Positions 1 to 11,660 of a stretch of DNA of 64,000 nucleotides are shown one piece after another. The notes under the pieces are model-generated. The model made no database searches and was not told where the DNA came from. It worked only from the letters and a program-made list of their open reading frames with translations. The stretch is from assembly GCF_002105155.1 (NCBI RefSeq), contig NW_019028995.1, positions 124,001-188,000 of the forward strand. Reading direction: 5' to 3'. The first letter of the stretch is position 1. Every line of letters begins with the position of its first letter. A program made the translations under genes and the position numbers. The stretch is from Lobosporangium transversale. Taxonomy: Eukaryota.

Positions 1-408
1 GGCAAGGATTGAGGGAAGAGCATGAAAGGTTACATACTCTTTGTGGGGTTAACAGTTTATTCTCGCACAATCTTGCTAAATTGAGCTGAATTGAAAGATT
101 AATTAAATTTATATATCAGCATATATCTCAAAAAAATGAATACGCGTCTCTAGTAGATATGATAGTTTTGAGAGCCATTGAAGTTGATGCCTTGGGATTT
201 TATATTATATATTTCAGTTGGCATAACTGCGAGGCCTACATGCGACTCCTCGCGTATGAATTTGTAGTTAGACGCGGTCTACCTTTTGGATTTCCCGCTC
301 TCTGATCCATTTCCTCTTGGTTATTGGGTTAGTTAATCACGCTAGCGTCATCAACATGGAATATATCAGTGTGTTCCATCTTGCATAAAAATATTCAAGG
401 GGAATAAC

Positions 409-441
<33 letters not shown>

Positions 442-517
442 CAACTTACATCTCTCTTTGTTTTTTTTTTTTTTTTTTTTTTCCATCTCATTCCTCATTT
501 CGACACGTTCTCTTGGC

Positions 518-2033
518 ATGCTCAGACTCATTCATCCTCAAGGACGACCTTTGCGTATTTTCTCAAGGGCCGCAACCCCTATGCGCCAACAGTTACCATT
601 CTTTGACCACAGGAGGTTGCCTACTGCAATTAGGACATCCGCCACGTCCAAACCAAGACAGCCAACGGCTTCCTTCTCAACAACATCTACTAAGCTGTCT
701 TCACCGGCGACGTTATCATCACCTTCTCCTCCACAACCCAAGCCAAAACGCTCACGGCTGTATCGCGCTGGCCGTGCATTGCTCATCACGGTTGTAGGGA
801 TTCCCGTAGCCGGCACGTTGGCATCGTACGCATACGATGAGCTGTTTATGATTAAGGGCGATGACTTGCACCAAAAGCGCCCTCGTTACGTCATTGGTGG
901 GCCAAAGAATCTAGTCATGACCCACGGCTGCCGTGGCAGCATCCTGAAAGCTGAAGAGATCCATGAGAATGATCCACGCCAGAGGCTGGTCATTCTTGGA
1001 AGTGGGTGGGGCGTAAGAATATCTACAAAGTCGATATGTTCACAGCAAAAGTCAGATATGAAAAACTTGATTACTCTCATAGCTGCTGACGCGATTGATT
1101 GTTGGTGTAAAAATAGGCTGTCTCAGTCATCAAACAATTGGATCCCAAAAAATTTCATGTCACAGTCATTTCACCAACGTAAGAACTCTTTTCTTTATTG
1201 TGTTCAGAATGTCGTCGTCTTGCATCTCAGCGTAATTAATACCTAGGACTCACCTTGATTGATGGTTTTTAGAAACTATTTTCTCTTTACTCCTTTGTTA
1301 CCGAGCGCAACGTAAGATACAACAAAACAGTTTTGTATATATATATAAAAAGCAACTGGCCAATTAATCATCCTTTCTTTGCATGTGTGTTTGGATAATA
1401 GTGTTGGTACACTGGAGCTTAGGTCAGTACATCTCATCGATCTGCTATTTTTTCAAGGAAATGTTGCATTATGAGCTGGAAGCCAGCGCATTAGGAAATA
1501 CTGAGTTGTTCACATGTTTATTCCTGCTTCAAGGTCTCTGATCGAGCCTGTTAGGAGACTCCTGTCGCGACTCGGGGGTTACTACCTCGAAGGACGCGCA
1601 GAAGATGTCGACTTTGAAAACCAGCTGGTAGAGGTTTCAGGAGTCAATGATAGCGAAGGGCGCAGATTCTATGGTAAGCAATGATCCTTTTACCGAGCTT
1701 AGATGTCTCAATAAAACTATAATCCCATATTGCTCCAAGTACTCATCAAGGGCCTTATCCTGTTCTCTTAGTTCCTTATGACAAATTGGTCATTGCCGTA
1801 GGCTCAGAGTCCATGACGCATGGTGTAGAAGGACTGGAGCACTGTAACTTCCTCAAATCAATCACGGATGCGCGTGATATCAGGAGGAAAGTCATGGAGA
1901 ACTTTGAGAAAGCTAGCCTGCCAACGACGTCGGATGAGGAACGGCGTCAGTTGCTTAGCTTTGTCATTTGCGGAGGTGGTAAGTAAAAAACATGTTTTTG
2001 GAGCAAGAAATAAAATATCTCTTGCTAAAGCCA

Positions 2034-2073
<40 letters not shown>

Positions 2074-3522
2074 GATCTTTCAATTTCGTAGGCCCTACTG
2101 GAGTTGAGTTTGCGGCCGAACTATATGATTACTTACAGGAGGATCTTGTTGGATACGTAAGTAGAGCTGGGGGACATTGGAATGTTGTAATAGCTTTTAA
2201 TTACTATGGCTTCATTAGTCTGATTTTATACTGTATAATATCATATAGTTTCCAGCTATCCCTCCTGAAGAGGTCCAGGTCAACATCATTCAAAGCGCTG
2301 GACATATCTTGAATACTTATGGTATTATATTCCTTACTTTCTGGATACACACTTGAGGAAGGAAACCAAATCTATAGAATCAAATATTAAGCCAGTATAC
2401 GATTCCCTTTCGTTCATACTCTAGACTTGAAGATCAGTGAAATGACAGAAGCGAAATTCAAGCGCGAGAATATCAACGTTGTTACCAATGCTCGCGTTGT
2501 CAAGGTCAACCCCACATCCGTCCGGTATAAAGAAAAAGCCACTGGAAAAGAGTTCGAGGTTCCATTTGGAGTCTGCTTGTGGTCGACTGGTGTAGGCATG
2601 ACACCACTAATCAAAGGACTTGTGACGAAACTCCCAGACGGCACGCAAAAGAACAAGCATGCGATCGAAACTGATGGCTACATGCGCGTCATCGGAACGC
2701 CAGAGGAAACAGTTTATGCTATTGGTGACTGCGCAACTATTCGTAAGCTGTTGATAAACCATTTCTGCACTATGCAAGTTATTTGTGAATCAATGTTAGG
2801 CAGAAATAGTAGAAATTTGAAGTACTAAGCAGAAAGAATCATTTTTCAATATCGCTAGCTCAACCTCACTTTGTCGAGAAGGTGATGCAGATCCTCCGTG
2901 AAAACGACAAGAATGGAGACAATGTTTTAAGCTACGAAGAGTTCCAGGACCTAGCCGACAAAATTATTGCTAAACATCAGATTCTCAAAGTTTTCCTAGG
3001 ACAATTGGATGAGGTCTTTAAAAAATACGATAAAGATCAGAGTGGCACACTAGATTTGGACGAGATCCGAGCATTCCTCGTTGATGCAGAAAAGCAATGT
3101 ACTGCTTTACCAGCTGTATGTCCTTGTGATTATAGACCTGTATTCTGAATATTCTACTTTTTTCAGTTACCGATATCTTCTAACCTTCACTTCTTTTTAA
3201 TTAACAGACCGCTCAGGTTGCCAATCAACAAGGCAAGTTCGTCGGCGAGAGAATCAATACACTTCATTCAATTGAGAATGATCATGTTGCTGTAGCAAAC
3301 CTGCCGCACTTCGTCTACAAGCATCGTGGGTCGCTCGCGTACATCGGAGGCAACGATGCCGTACTGGATTGGGGCAGAGGGTATGTGTATAGTGGTATTG
3401 GGTCCGAATACCTCTGGCGTTCTGTCTATTTTAGCGAGCAAGTGTCAACTAGAACACGTCTGCTCCTCTTGCTAGATTGGTCAAAGCAAGCCCTCTTTGG
3501 ACGTGACATTAGCAAATTCTAG
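518..3522 (+). CDS. Type II (external, alternative) mitochondrial NAD(P)H dehydrogenase with EF-hand insert, about 12 exons
   Basis: Presequence-like N-terminus plus TM segment. FAD-binding LVILGSGWG, NYFLFTPLLPS, second Rossmann motif ICGGGPTGVEFAAEL, and YAIGDCAT. Two EF-hand loops (DKNGDNVLSYEEF, DKDQSGTLDLDEI), LPATAQVANQQG, and C-terminal LFGRDISKF-TAG at 3520-3522. Includes a 21-nt micro-exon at 1402-1422. Confidence 0.93.
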
Positions 3523-4244
3523 AGGAAAAGAGGCCTAAACGATATGTAATAAATATAAAATTAATAAAAACATACAGTCGTGAGTAAATTAGAACCTCTT
3601 GCTACAACTCAGCCTTGGTTTTATCTTGGTATCTCTGAGACTTTAGCGAAATCATTGTAGTTTTTCGCTTTATATCTTTTTTTTTTTAAAAAAAAAAAAA
3701 AAGAAAAAAAGAAAAAAGAGAAAAATACGCGTCAGCAGCAATGTCTACTTTTCACAGACAGTGCCAGCCTGTCCTTCTTGCTCCAGTCATCTGAATCCGA
3801 AAGGAGTATGAAAGGTAGATACACATCCACTAGGTAGTTCACATGTCTCAGTGTCTTAGTGTCTTATATGTGACACCGTGTTCTCTCCCCTCTCTATCTA
3901 TTGCTATCCTTATAGGAGCACCTTCAAGGCAACAGATAGTATAATGGACAACATCGACAGGCGAGAGCAGAAAGGTAAATTACAAAAGGATGGATACACG
4001 TATTGAAAGCACGTATAAATCTTTTTATTTGTGGCTGTTTCTTTTCTGTCCTTTCTTGTGATTAGAAAACTCTCACACAATCGCTTTTCAAGATCCATTA
4101 AAGTAAACCTTTTTTTTCTTTTCATTCTTCGTTTTTGCTCTTCATCACTGTCGCTCCTTATCTTGCTGCGATTAATCCCTTCTCTGCTACTTCAATATAG
4201 ACGTGCGACATTGATGCACACACTAAGACCTAGATAGCCTCTTC

Positions 4245-6752
4245 ATGTCCTTGGAAGCTAGCCGTTCTGCATCACCACACGAGACCGGGTCTGAGACCAC
4301 AGAAAGGCTGCCGTCGTCTTCCCTCGCCAACACAAAGTATGAGACACAGTCTTCCTCTTCTTCGCATTCTTCTGCTTTGAGTGACATTCAACACAACCGC
4401 TTAGATCCGTCCACTCATACTCTGGATCAGTCTTTGTCAACGCCACCATCTCATGTCGCTACCTTAACGGCTGCAAGCTTGTCGTTGTTGCCCATGGAAT
4501 CTGATCATCCCAGTTTCCTCAGCAATGACGACGACCTAAAGACTAACAATAGTGGGAGTACCGGAAGTGATAATTCACCGCCAACGCTGACATCTGTTTC
4601 TGGACCTAACTCTAATCATCCAGAGGAAGCTGTGGGACTAGGGTTCGATACAGTGCCATCACAGCGCATCTCAGAGGAAGGAGCTCAACGAGAGACCATA
4701 CCTGACGATCAGATAATATTTACAAATGGACATGGATCTTCAGAACCAGCTGGCTTGTCAGAGACTGTCACCCCTCCTAAGCGGGGCCCAGGACGTCCCG
4801 CACGAACGCAGACTGCGACTGGAATCCGGGAAAAATCGTCTGATCTCAATAGTCGGCCAAGGAGAAGCACGCGTATCACAACTGTCTCATCTATTACAGA
4901 CCCACCTCGTTCAAAGGAAGACTCTGGGAAATTAAACCAGAAGACTGCACAGCCTACGTCCATGTCTGCACATGCACATTTCGAGCCTGCTGAGCCGTTT
5001 AAAACAATCACTCAACGCACGTCAAAGCGCATCATCCGGCCCCCTGGAAAATTCCTTCACCCAACTGGCCTTATAACATCAACTGGAGATAAAGGTGCAA
5101 AATTGACGCCTGCAAACCAACAGCAATTACTACAGCAGCAGCAACATGCGATAGATCAGCAAACAGGGGATCAGCCTAAGAAGCGAGGACCAGGACGTCC
5201 AGCCAATAATACACTGAACTTAACGCAGCGTTCAACTGGATCAGCTAATGCAGTCTCATTCTTACCGCCCCCAAACATCCCCGCAAAGCGTGGTCCTGGT
5301 CGTCCTCCACGTAACCCACAGCTAGTAAAGGCTGCATCAAATCCAACCTTTTCGACAACCTTATCTCGAGCAAAATCCAAGCCTGTATCACCAACCGCAG
5401 TTAGGCCAAATCATAGTACAGCTGTCAGCGTCCGCTCTAATACCTCAGTATCACCATCCAAATCTGACACATCTTCCAGTAATGAGCCGACCATCATCCC
5501 TAAACGCGGCCCTGGTCGCCCGCCAAAGAACTCTGATGGAAACAATGCTCCAGCATCTGCTTCAACTTCCTGGAGGCATCATAGTCATCCGCAAGTTGTT
5601 ACACCATTCACAACACCTGGATCCAGGTCTCGAAAACGCTACAGTAAGAGTGACGCAGAGTATGATGATGACTCGACAGGTACTAATGATCGCATTATGG
5701 AGTCTGGATTCACGCCTCGCAAAAGACGCAACACTCAGAATATAATCCCTGGCCATATTCAAGCCGTGAACAGGAACAGAGCATCAACAGTTGAAGCTAT
5801 GGAGCCTCCTAAACCTTTAACACCGTTGGATAGGGCGCGACAAGCAAAAATTACAGAGTGGGAGGTCAAGTTGCACGAGGTTATCGATCACCATGATAGC
5901 TTGGTGCGTGAGCTATATCATTTGGAAACTTATACAACTACTTTGACATACGACCCAGTAAAAATTAAAATGGATCACAGTGACAGGATGTTACGCGTAA
6001 GTTATATATACATAGAGGATCTGTTTATTCCTGACAGCATTCATAAATCCATTTCATTTGCATCTAACGCATAAAATTAATGCATAATTGTATTTAATAG
6101 TTTCTTCGAAACTTTGAGCTGTGGTCGCAAGTGCCAGATCTTGTATCGAATGTTCAGTTGCATGCAGACAGAATATCGACACGGAAGAGTGCTACGGAGC
6201 AACGCGAGATGTTCGTGGACATGCTTCAGAAGAATGTTGAAGTGGCTCTCCCACGTAGAGGAGATATTCCTTTTGCATCGGATTTGATTCGGCATGGTCT
6301 GCATCGCAACCTACCTCTGCAACTTCAAAGTTTCGAAGATTATTTAAACTCGTTTGTATACGTAGATGATGAAGAGGTCACGCCACAAGAGGCAGATAAA
6401 CGCGCCGCATCCAACGCAAAGCTCCTGGATCGTATCGACGCCTTGAAGGCTGAAGGTAGGCTAGGAGAGAAACCACCAAAACCCTTTGTGGATCCTGAGG
6501 TCCCCAAGCTCCACTACAACTGGCTCATGGAGCACATCATGACTTCCTCTCGGTTGATCAAGGAGGAAGGAAGGTTACAGATGGCACGCGCACGCAAGGT
6601 CAGTAAGATGATCACTCGACACTTTGAGCAACTTCATGGCAAAAGCGAAAGAGACCAAAGGCTCGAAGAAAAGAGACTGCGAAAATTGGCCAAATTGACT
6701 GCAGGCGAAGTTAAAAAGAAATGGCGCTACGTTGAGGGAGTAAGTACTGCTT

Positions 6753-6785
<33 letters not shown>

Positions 6786-9700
6786 TCTCATGATACTTAT
6801 ATTGGACGTTGTCAATGTCAATATCGAACATAGATTATTAAAGCCCGGCACAAGGCCTTATTGAAGGAAGAGCAAGAAGAAGCCGGGAAGCGACATTTGA
6901 ATCTCATCTTGGAGCATTCTACGCAAATCCTGGGCGTTCAACATAGTACTTTAAACATGAGCTTATCAGGAACGCCGAGGACACCGGGGACACCAGGCAC
7001 GCCGGGTCATGCATCGGATGCTCTAGCTACGTCTGATGTCCTCAGCGATCTACCCTCAACACCGCCCGTGACAGATGCTACTAGTCGGCGATCATCTGTA
7101 GCACCATCTGCTGTATCTTCAGACGCCGAGCTGGATACTGGAGACGCTGAATATTTTGTTAAAGAGGCAGATGTTGACGACGAGACTACGCTTGCGAACG
7201 AAGAGTCTGGGAGTGAAGATGATGAAGCAGAAATTTCAGGTCTGCAAGCAGAGATGGATATTCCCATAGAAGAGCTCTTGAAACAGTATGGCTATCAACT
7301 TTCTGGAGGTGAGGAGAGCGATGATGACGATGAGCAAGATAATAACGGTAATAACATGGACACAGACGAAGTAGTTGAAGCGGCAATATCAATAGAAGAA
7401 ATAGGAGGCGAAAAAGATGATAACAAGTCTGAAGAAGCTATGGAGCCTATTGTCAAGGTTGAGGTGGATGCTGAGTCTGGATCGCTCGGAGCTCTAAATG
7501 GTGCTCTGTTAGATACTTCTATGGACATACGGATTAACTCTGAGGAAAGGAAACGGAAAGTGGGGGACAATAATGATAGTCAAGGCTTTGAGGGATTATC
7601 AAGCGCTCTTTTCAACCCAAGGCTGGAGTCTGAGGAAGGAAGAATTATATCCTCAATGGAGATTGCCAAGTCTCTTCCAGAGGACCTCAAAGCAGCCAGT
7701 AACTCTATGTCAACAGCACAACGTCTTCATTCTTCGAAACGTAGGCGGCTTTCGCTCTCGGAACTATATAAGGGTCCACCATTACCGTTTAATCCTTTTG
7801 ATGAAGTAGATGACGAACGTACAATGGAAGAAGAGGAGGAAGAAGACCTCTCTGATCCAGAGGAGCTTGCTATCCTGATGCAAGAGAAGGATATGCCAAT
7901 TGAGGATCTTCTGGACAAATACGACTACGAAGCCGAGAGTTCAGAATATTCGGACTCTTATTACGATTCTGATTCCGAGTACGAGGAAAACATCATGAGC
8001 TTGCACCAGAGAGCTCGGTCAGCTGATCCTCGATATGTTGTTACGTTGCAGGATGTTGCCCACAGTCGAAAGTTTCCTACACGGCCCAGTAGTGAGTTTA
8101 CAGATACAGATACGGAGTATGATGATAATAGGACAATATCAATTTACGGGACTGATGATGAACTTTGCCTCGGTGACATGCTCCCTTTGTTGAGCCCTGA
8201 AACTCCTCCCAAAAGCACTGAGATTGACACATTCACGACCGGAGCTAATGTCAAGACCAAAATTCCTTTCCTTTTGCGTCATCAACTGCGAGAATACCAA
8301 CACGTCGGGATGGATTGGTTGGCGAATCTTTATGCTAACGGTCTCAATGGTATCCTGGCAGATGAGATGGGTCTTGGAAAGACGATGCAGACAATTGCTC
8401 TCCTGGCACATCTAGCATGCGAGCATGGTGTATGGGGCCCTCATTTGATTGTCGTACCTACTAGCGTCATGCTTAATTGGGAGATGGAATTTAAGAAGTG
8501 GTGCCCTGGTTTCAAAATCATGACTTATTATGGAAGCCCAAGGGAGCGCAAGGAGAAGCGTGTTGGCTGGTCCCGTGAAAATGCGTTCCATGTCTGCATA
8601 ACGTCATACCAATTGGTAGTCCAAGATCAGGCGGTATTCCGACGTAAAGCATGGCAATATTTAATTTTGGATGAGGCACACAACATCAAAAACTTTCGAT
8701 CCCAACGGTGGCAGACGCTTCTCAACTTTAATTCTGCCAGGAGACTCTTGTTGACAGGAACGCCACTGCAAAATAATCTTATGGAGCTATGGTCGCTTTT
8801 GTACTTCCTTATGCCTAATGGTGTGTCCCAGACCATGCCAGTAGGGTTTGCAAATCAAAAGGAATTCCAAGAATGGTTCTCACATCCTGTTGATCGCATG
8901 ATAGAAGGCAATGAACAACAGGATGAAGATTCAAAGGCAGCGATTGCCCGATTGCATACTGTTCTTCGACCATATCTGCTTCGTCGCCTCAAGTCAGATG
9001 TAGAAGCACAGATGCCAGCCAAGTATGAACACATTGTGTACTGTCGGCTTTCGAAGCGTCAACGTTTCTTGTATGATGACTTCATGAGCCGAGCGAAGAC
9101 CCGTGAGACATTAGCGTCAGGAAACTTCTTGAGCATCATTAATTGCCTGATGCAACTTCGCAAGGTCTGTAATCATCCGGATCTATTTGAAGTACGGCCA
9201 ATCGTCACATCCTTTGCTATGCCTTCTGCCACTGCGTCCTATGAAATCACCGAGTTTTTGGTTCGCCGCAGGATGTTTTCAGAAATTGATAAGGCCAGAG
9301 AATCTATCAATCTTGATTTTTTGGGGCTGGTTTTTACCAACAAAGAGGAACGATTGTCGAAAATGGACCTAGAATCGTATGAGGAGCTCAACGCTACACC
9401 ACTGTTCTTAAAGAGAGCCCACGAATTTTCTATAGTTCAATCAAAGTCGTTGACAATCGGGACTCAATACCAAGATGTTCGGCAGTATTCTAGTTTGAGG
9501 CGGCATCGACAATTACTGGCAAGTAAGCAACGGTGGGAACAACTGGCATATGTCAACACAAATCGATGTCACACACAGGTCATGTTTGGATCCAGCTTGC
9601 TTGATATGTGCCACCAACCAGTCAAAAGTGCTAGAGGATGCTTCAACATTTTACAGCAAGTCTCGGATCCGCGCCAATATCTTGATTATACGAATGCTAT

Positions 9701-10999
9701 TGCTCAGGCAGTTCTTACGAGCGAAGCCCGATTCCACCAAAATGAAGAAACGATTAAACGCTTTGCATTCGTCACACCGGCGGTCATAGTACGGGATTAT
9801 TCTTGGGCACCAATCCATGTAAATCCTCAGCCGACCATTCTAGAGACTATCTGTCAACAGGCAATCCAACTTTTCCACCCAGTGGCATCATGCCTTCAAG
9901 TTCAGTTCCCTGACAAGCGATTACTTCAATTCGATTGTGGCAAGCTTCAAAAGTTGGACAGTCTTCTTCGGGAATTGAAATCCGGAGGGCATCGTGCATT
10001 GATCTTCACACAGATGACTAAAGTCCTAGACATTCTGGAAATTTTTCTGAACATTCATGGACATCGGTACCTACGATTGGATGGAGCAACAAAGGTGGAG
10101 AATCGACAGCATTTGACCGATCGATTCAACTCTGATCCAAAAATTTTAGTATTCATTTTGTCTACACGATCGGGCGGAGTAGGCATCAACCTTACAGGTG
10201 CTGACACTGTCATCTTTTATGATTCTGACTGGAACCCATCGATGGATCGTCAATGTCAAGACAGGTATGAAGCAATGTTCTTTTAGGAAAAGAATAACCT
10301 TTTACTCCACCAAATTCGTATTGAAGCTTACGACTATTAAAACTACATGGTTTTATTGACATGAATAGATGCCATCGTATTGGACAGACAAGAGATGTTC
10401 ATATTTATCGGTTTGTCAGCGAGTTTACGATTGAGGAAAATATGTTAAAGAAGGCAAACCAAAAGCGTATGCTCGATAATGTTGTGATCCAAGAAGGAGG
10501 GTTCACAACAGATTATTTCCAAAAAATGGACTGGCGTGATATGTTGGGCGAAGAAGACCTTGCTAAAATTGGCGACCTGGGTCCGATACAAGCAAATGGT
10601 GAACCTCGCGATCTTTCGACGGTACATGGAGCAGATCTTGAACAGGCACTGGCCGCTGCCGAGGATGAGAACGATGTATTGGCTATGCAACAGGCTAAAC
10701 ATGAGATGGAAGGTGTTGATCAAGGAGACTTTTCAGAAGCCGGAGCCACTCCTAATACTGTCAGCAACCCTAAGGAGTTTAAAGCATCTAGTGCTAAGAA
10801 TATTGAGGAAAAATCAATATTTAAAGAGACAAGTGTGGCCAAGGTTCAATTCCTAACTGGCGCATCAACACAGCCTGATGGAGAGGGAGAGGAGGAAGGA
10901 GAGGTTATTGAGATAGGACACGTAGACGAATACATGCTACGGTTTATGGAACGCGAGTATGGCCATTATGTTGGCTTTGGCGCGTCTTTTTTAATTTAA
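4245..10999 (+). CDS. SWR1: SWR1/SRCAP-family H2A.Z-depositing chromatin-remodelling ATPase, 4 exons (introns about 5997-6100, 6740-6833, 10265-10368)
   Basis: HSA-like helical region, NGILADEMGLGKT, LILDEAHNIKNFRSQRWQ, LLLTGTPLQNNL, a split-ATPase insertion, FPDKRLLQFDCGKLQ, and DSDWNPSMDRQCQDR|CHRIGQTRDV. Confidence 0.96.
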
Positions 11000-11240
11000 T
11001 TACGTAAGCGAGGAAAATTCGACTGCTAACGTAAATAAATATAAAATAACGCGTCCACTCCCAATCATTGAATCATTCCTCTTTGCATTATTAATTACAT
11101 CTACCCTTTCGTTTACGCACATCAATCCTCTCATTTATTCTTCTTCCTTAGTTCCAACTTCTTTGTTTCTTGTTATCTACTTCTAACACTCATTCTATTT
11201 TCAGCTTCATAAAAGGTAATGGAAGCAAATATGTTGTCTT

Positions 11241-11583
11241 ATGAGTATAGGCTGTTGTATACGGGCCTTTTCTAGAATAACATGCTGTATCATTCGTCTC
11301 GTTGTGTGAGGTACAGTGTGGCCTGAAATACCTGTATATTAGCCGGTGACCAACACGGTCCTACCACACAATAGCGCTGTGTTGCCCTTCTGGCAGGGTG
11401 CTTGTTCTTTCTGGGATGAGTAAAGGCTGTTATATATAGGTTTTTTGGGAGGAAGCATGCTGTATCATATGGCTCGTTGTGTGAGGTACAGTGTGGCCTG
11501 AAATACCTATATACTAGCCGGTGACCGACATGGCTCTACCGCACAATAGCGCTGTGTTGTCCTTGCTAGCGGGTGCTCATTCT
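11241..11583 (+). repeat. Two tandem copies (period exactly 175 nt; 11241-11415 and 11416-about 11583) of a sequence that can fold into a multi-stem structure; candidate ncRNA inside a predicted 5'-UTR intron
   Basis: The copies align directly and share an identical 36-nt core (11298-11333). Complementary stems are present in both copies. Flanked by donor AG|GTAATG (11216), branch point GCTAAC (11609) and AG acceptors (11633 or 11649). Confidence 0.85.
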
Positions 11584-11660
11584 ACTCCATGTAGCATCGA
11601 ATGCTTTTGCTAACCATTGCATTTTTATCTTAGTTTATTATATCTCTAGGCAAGTACAGG

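Noticed and set aside
11318..11350. Resemblance of GGCCTGAAATACCTGTATATTAGCCGGT to the TPP riboswitch (CUGAGA..AUACC) or hairpin-ribozyme loop B (GUAUAUUAC)
   Set aside because: The TPP GAUC/UAAU/GCG elements are missing. For a hairpin ribozyme, the AGAAACA strand and helix 4 are missing. Copy 2 also changes the matching bases.
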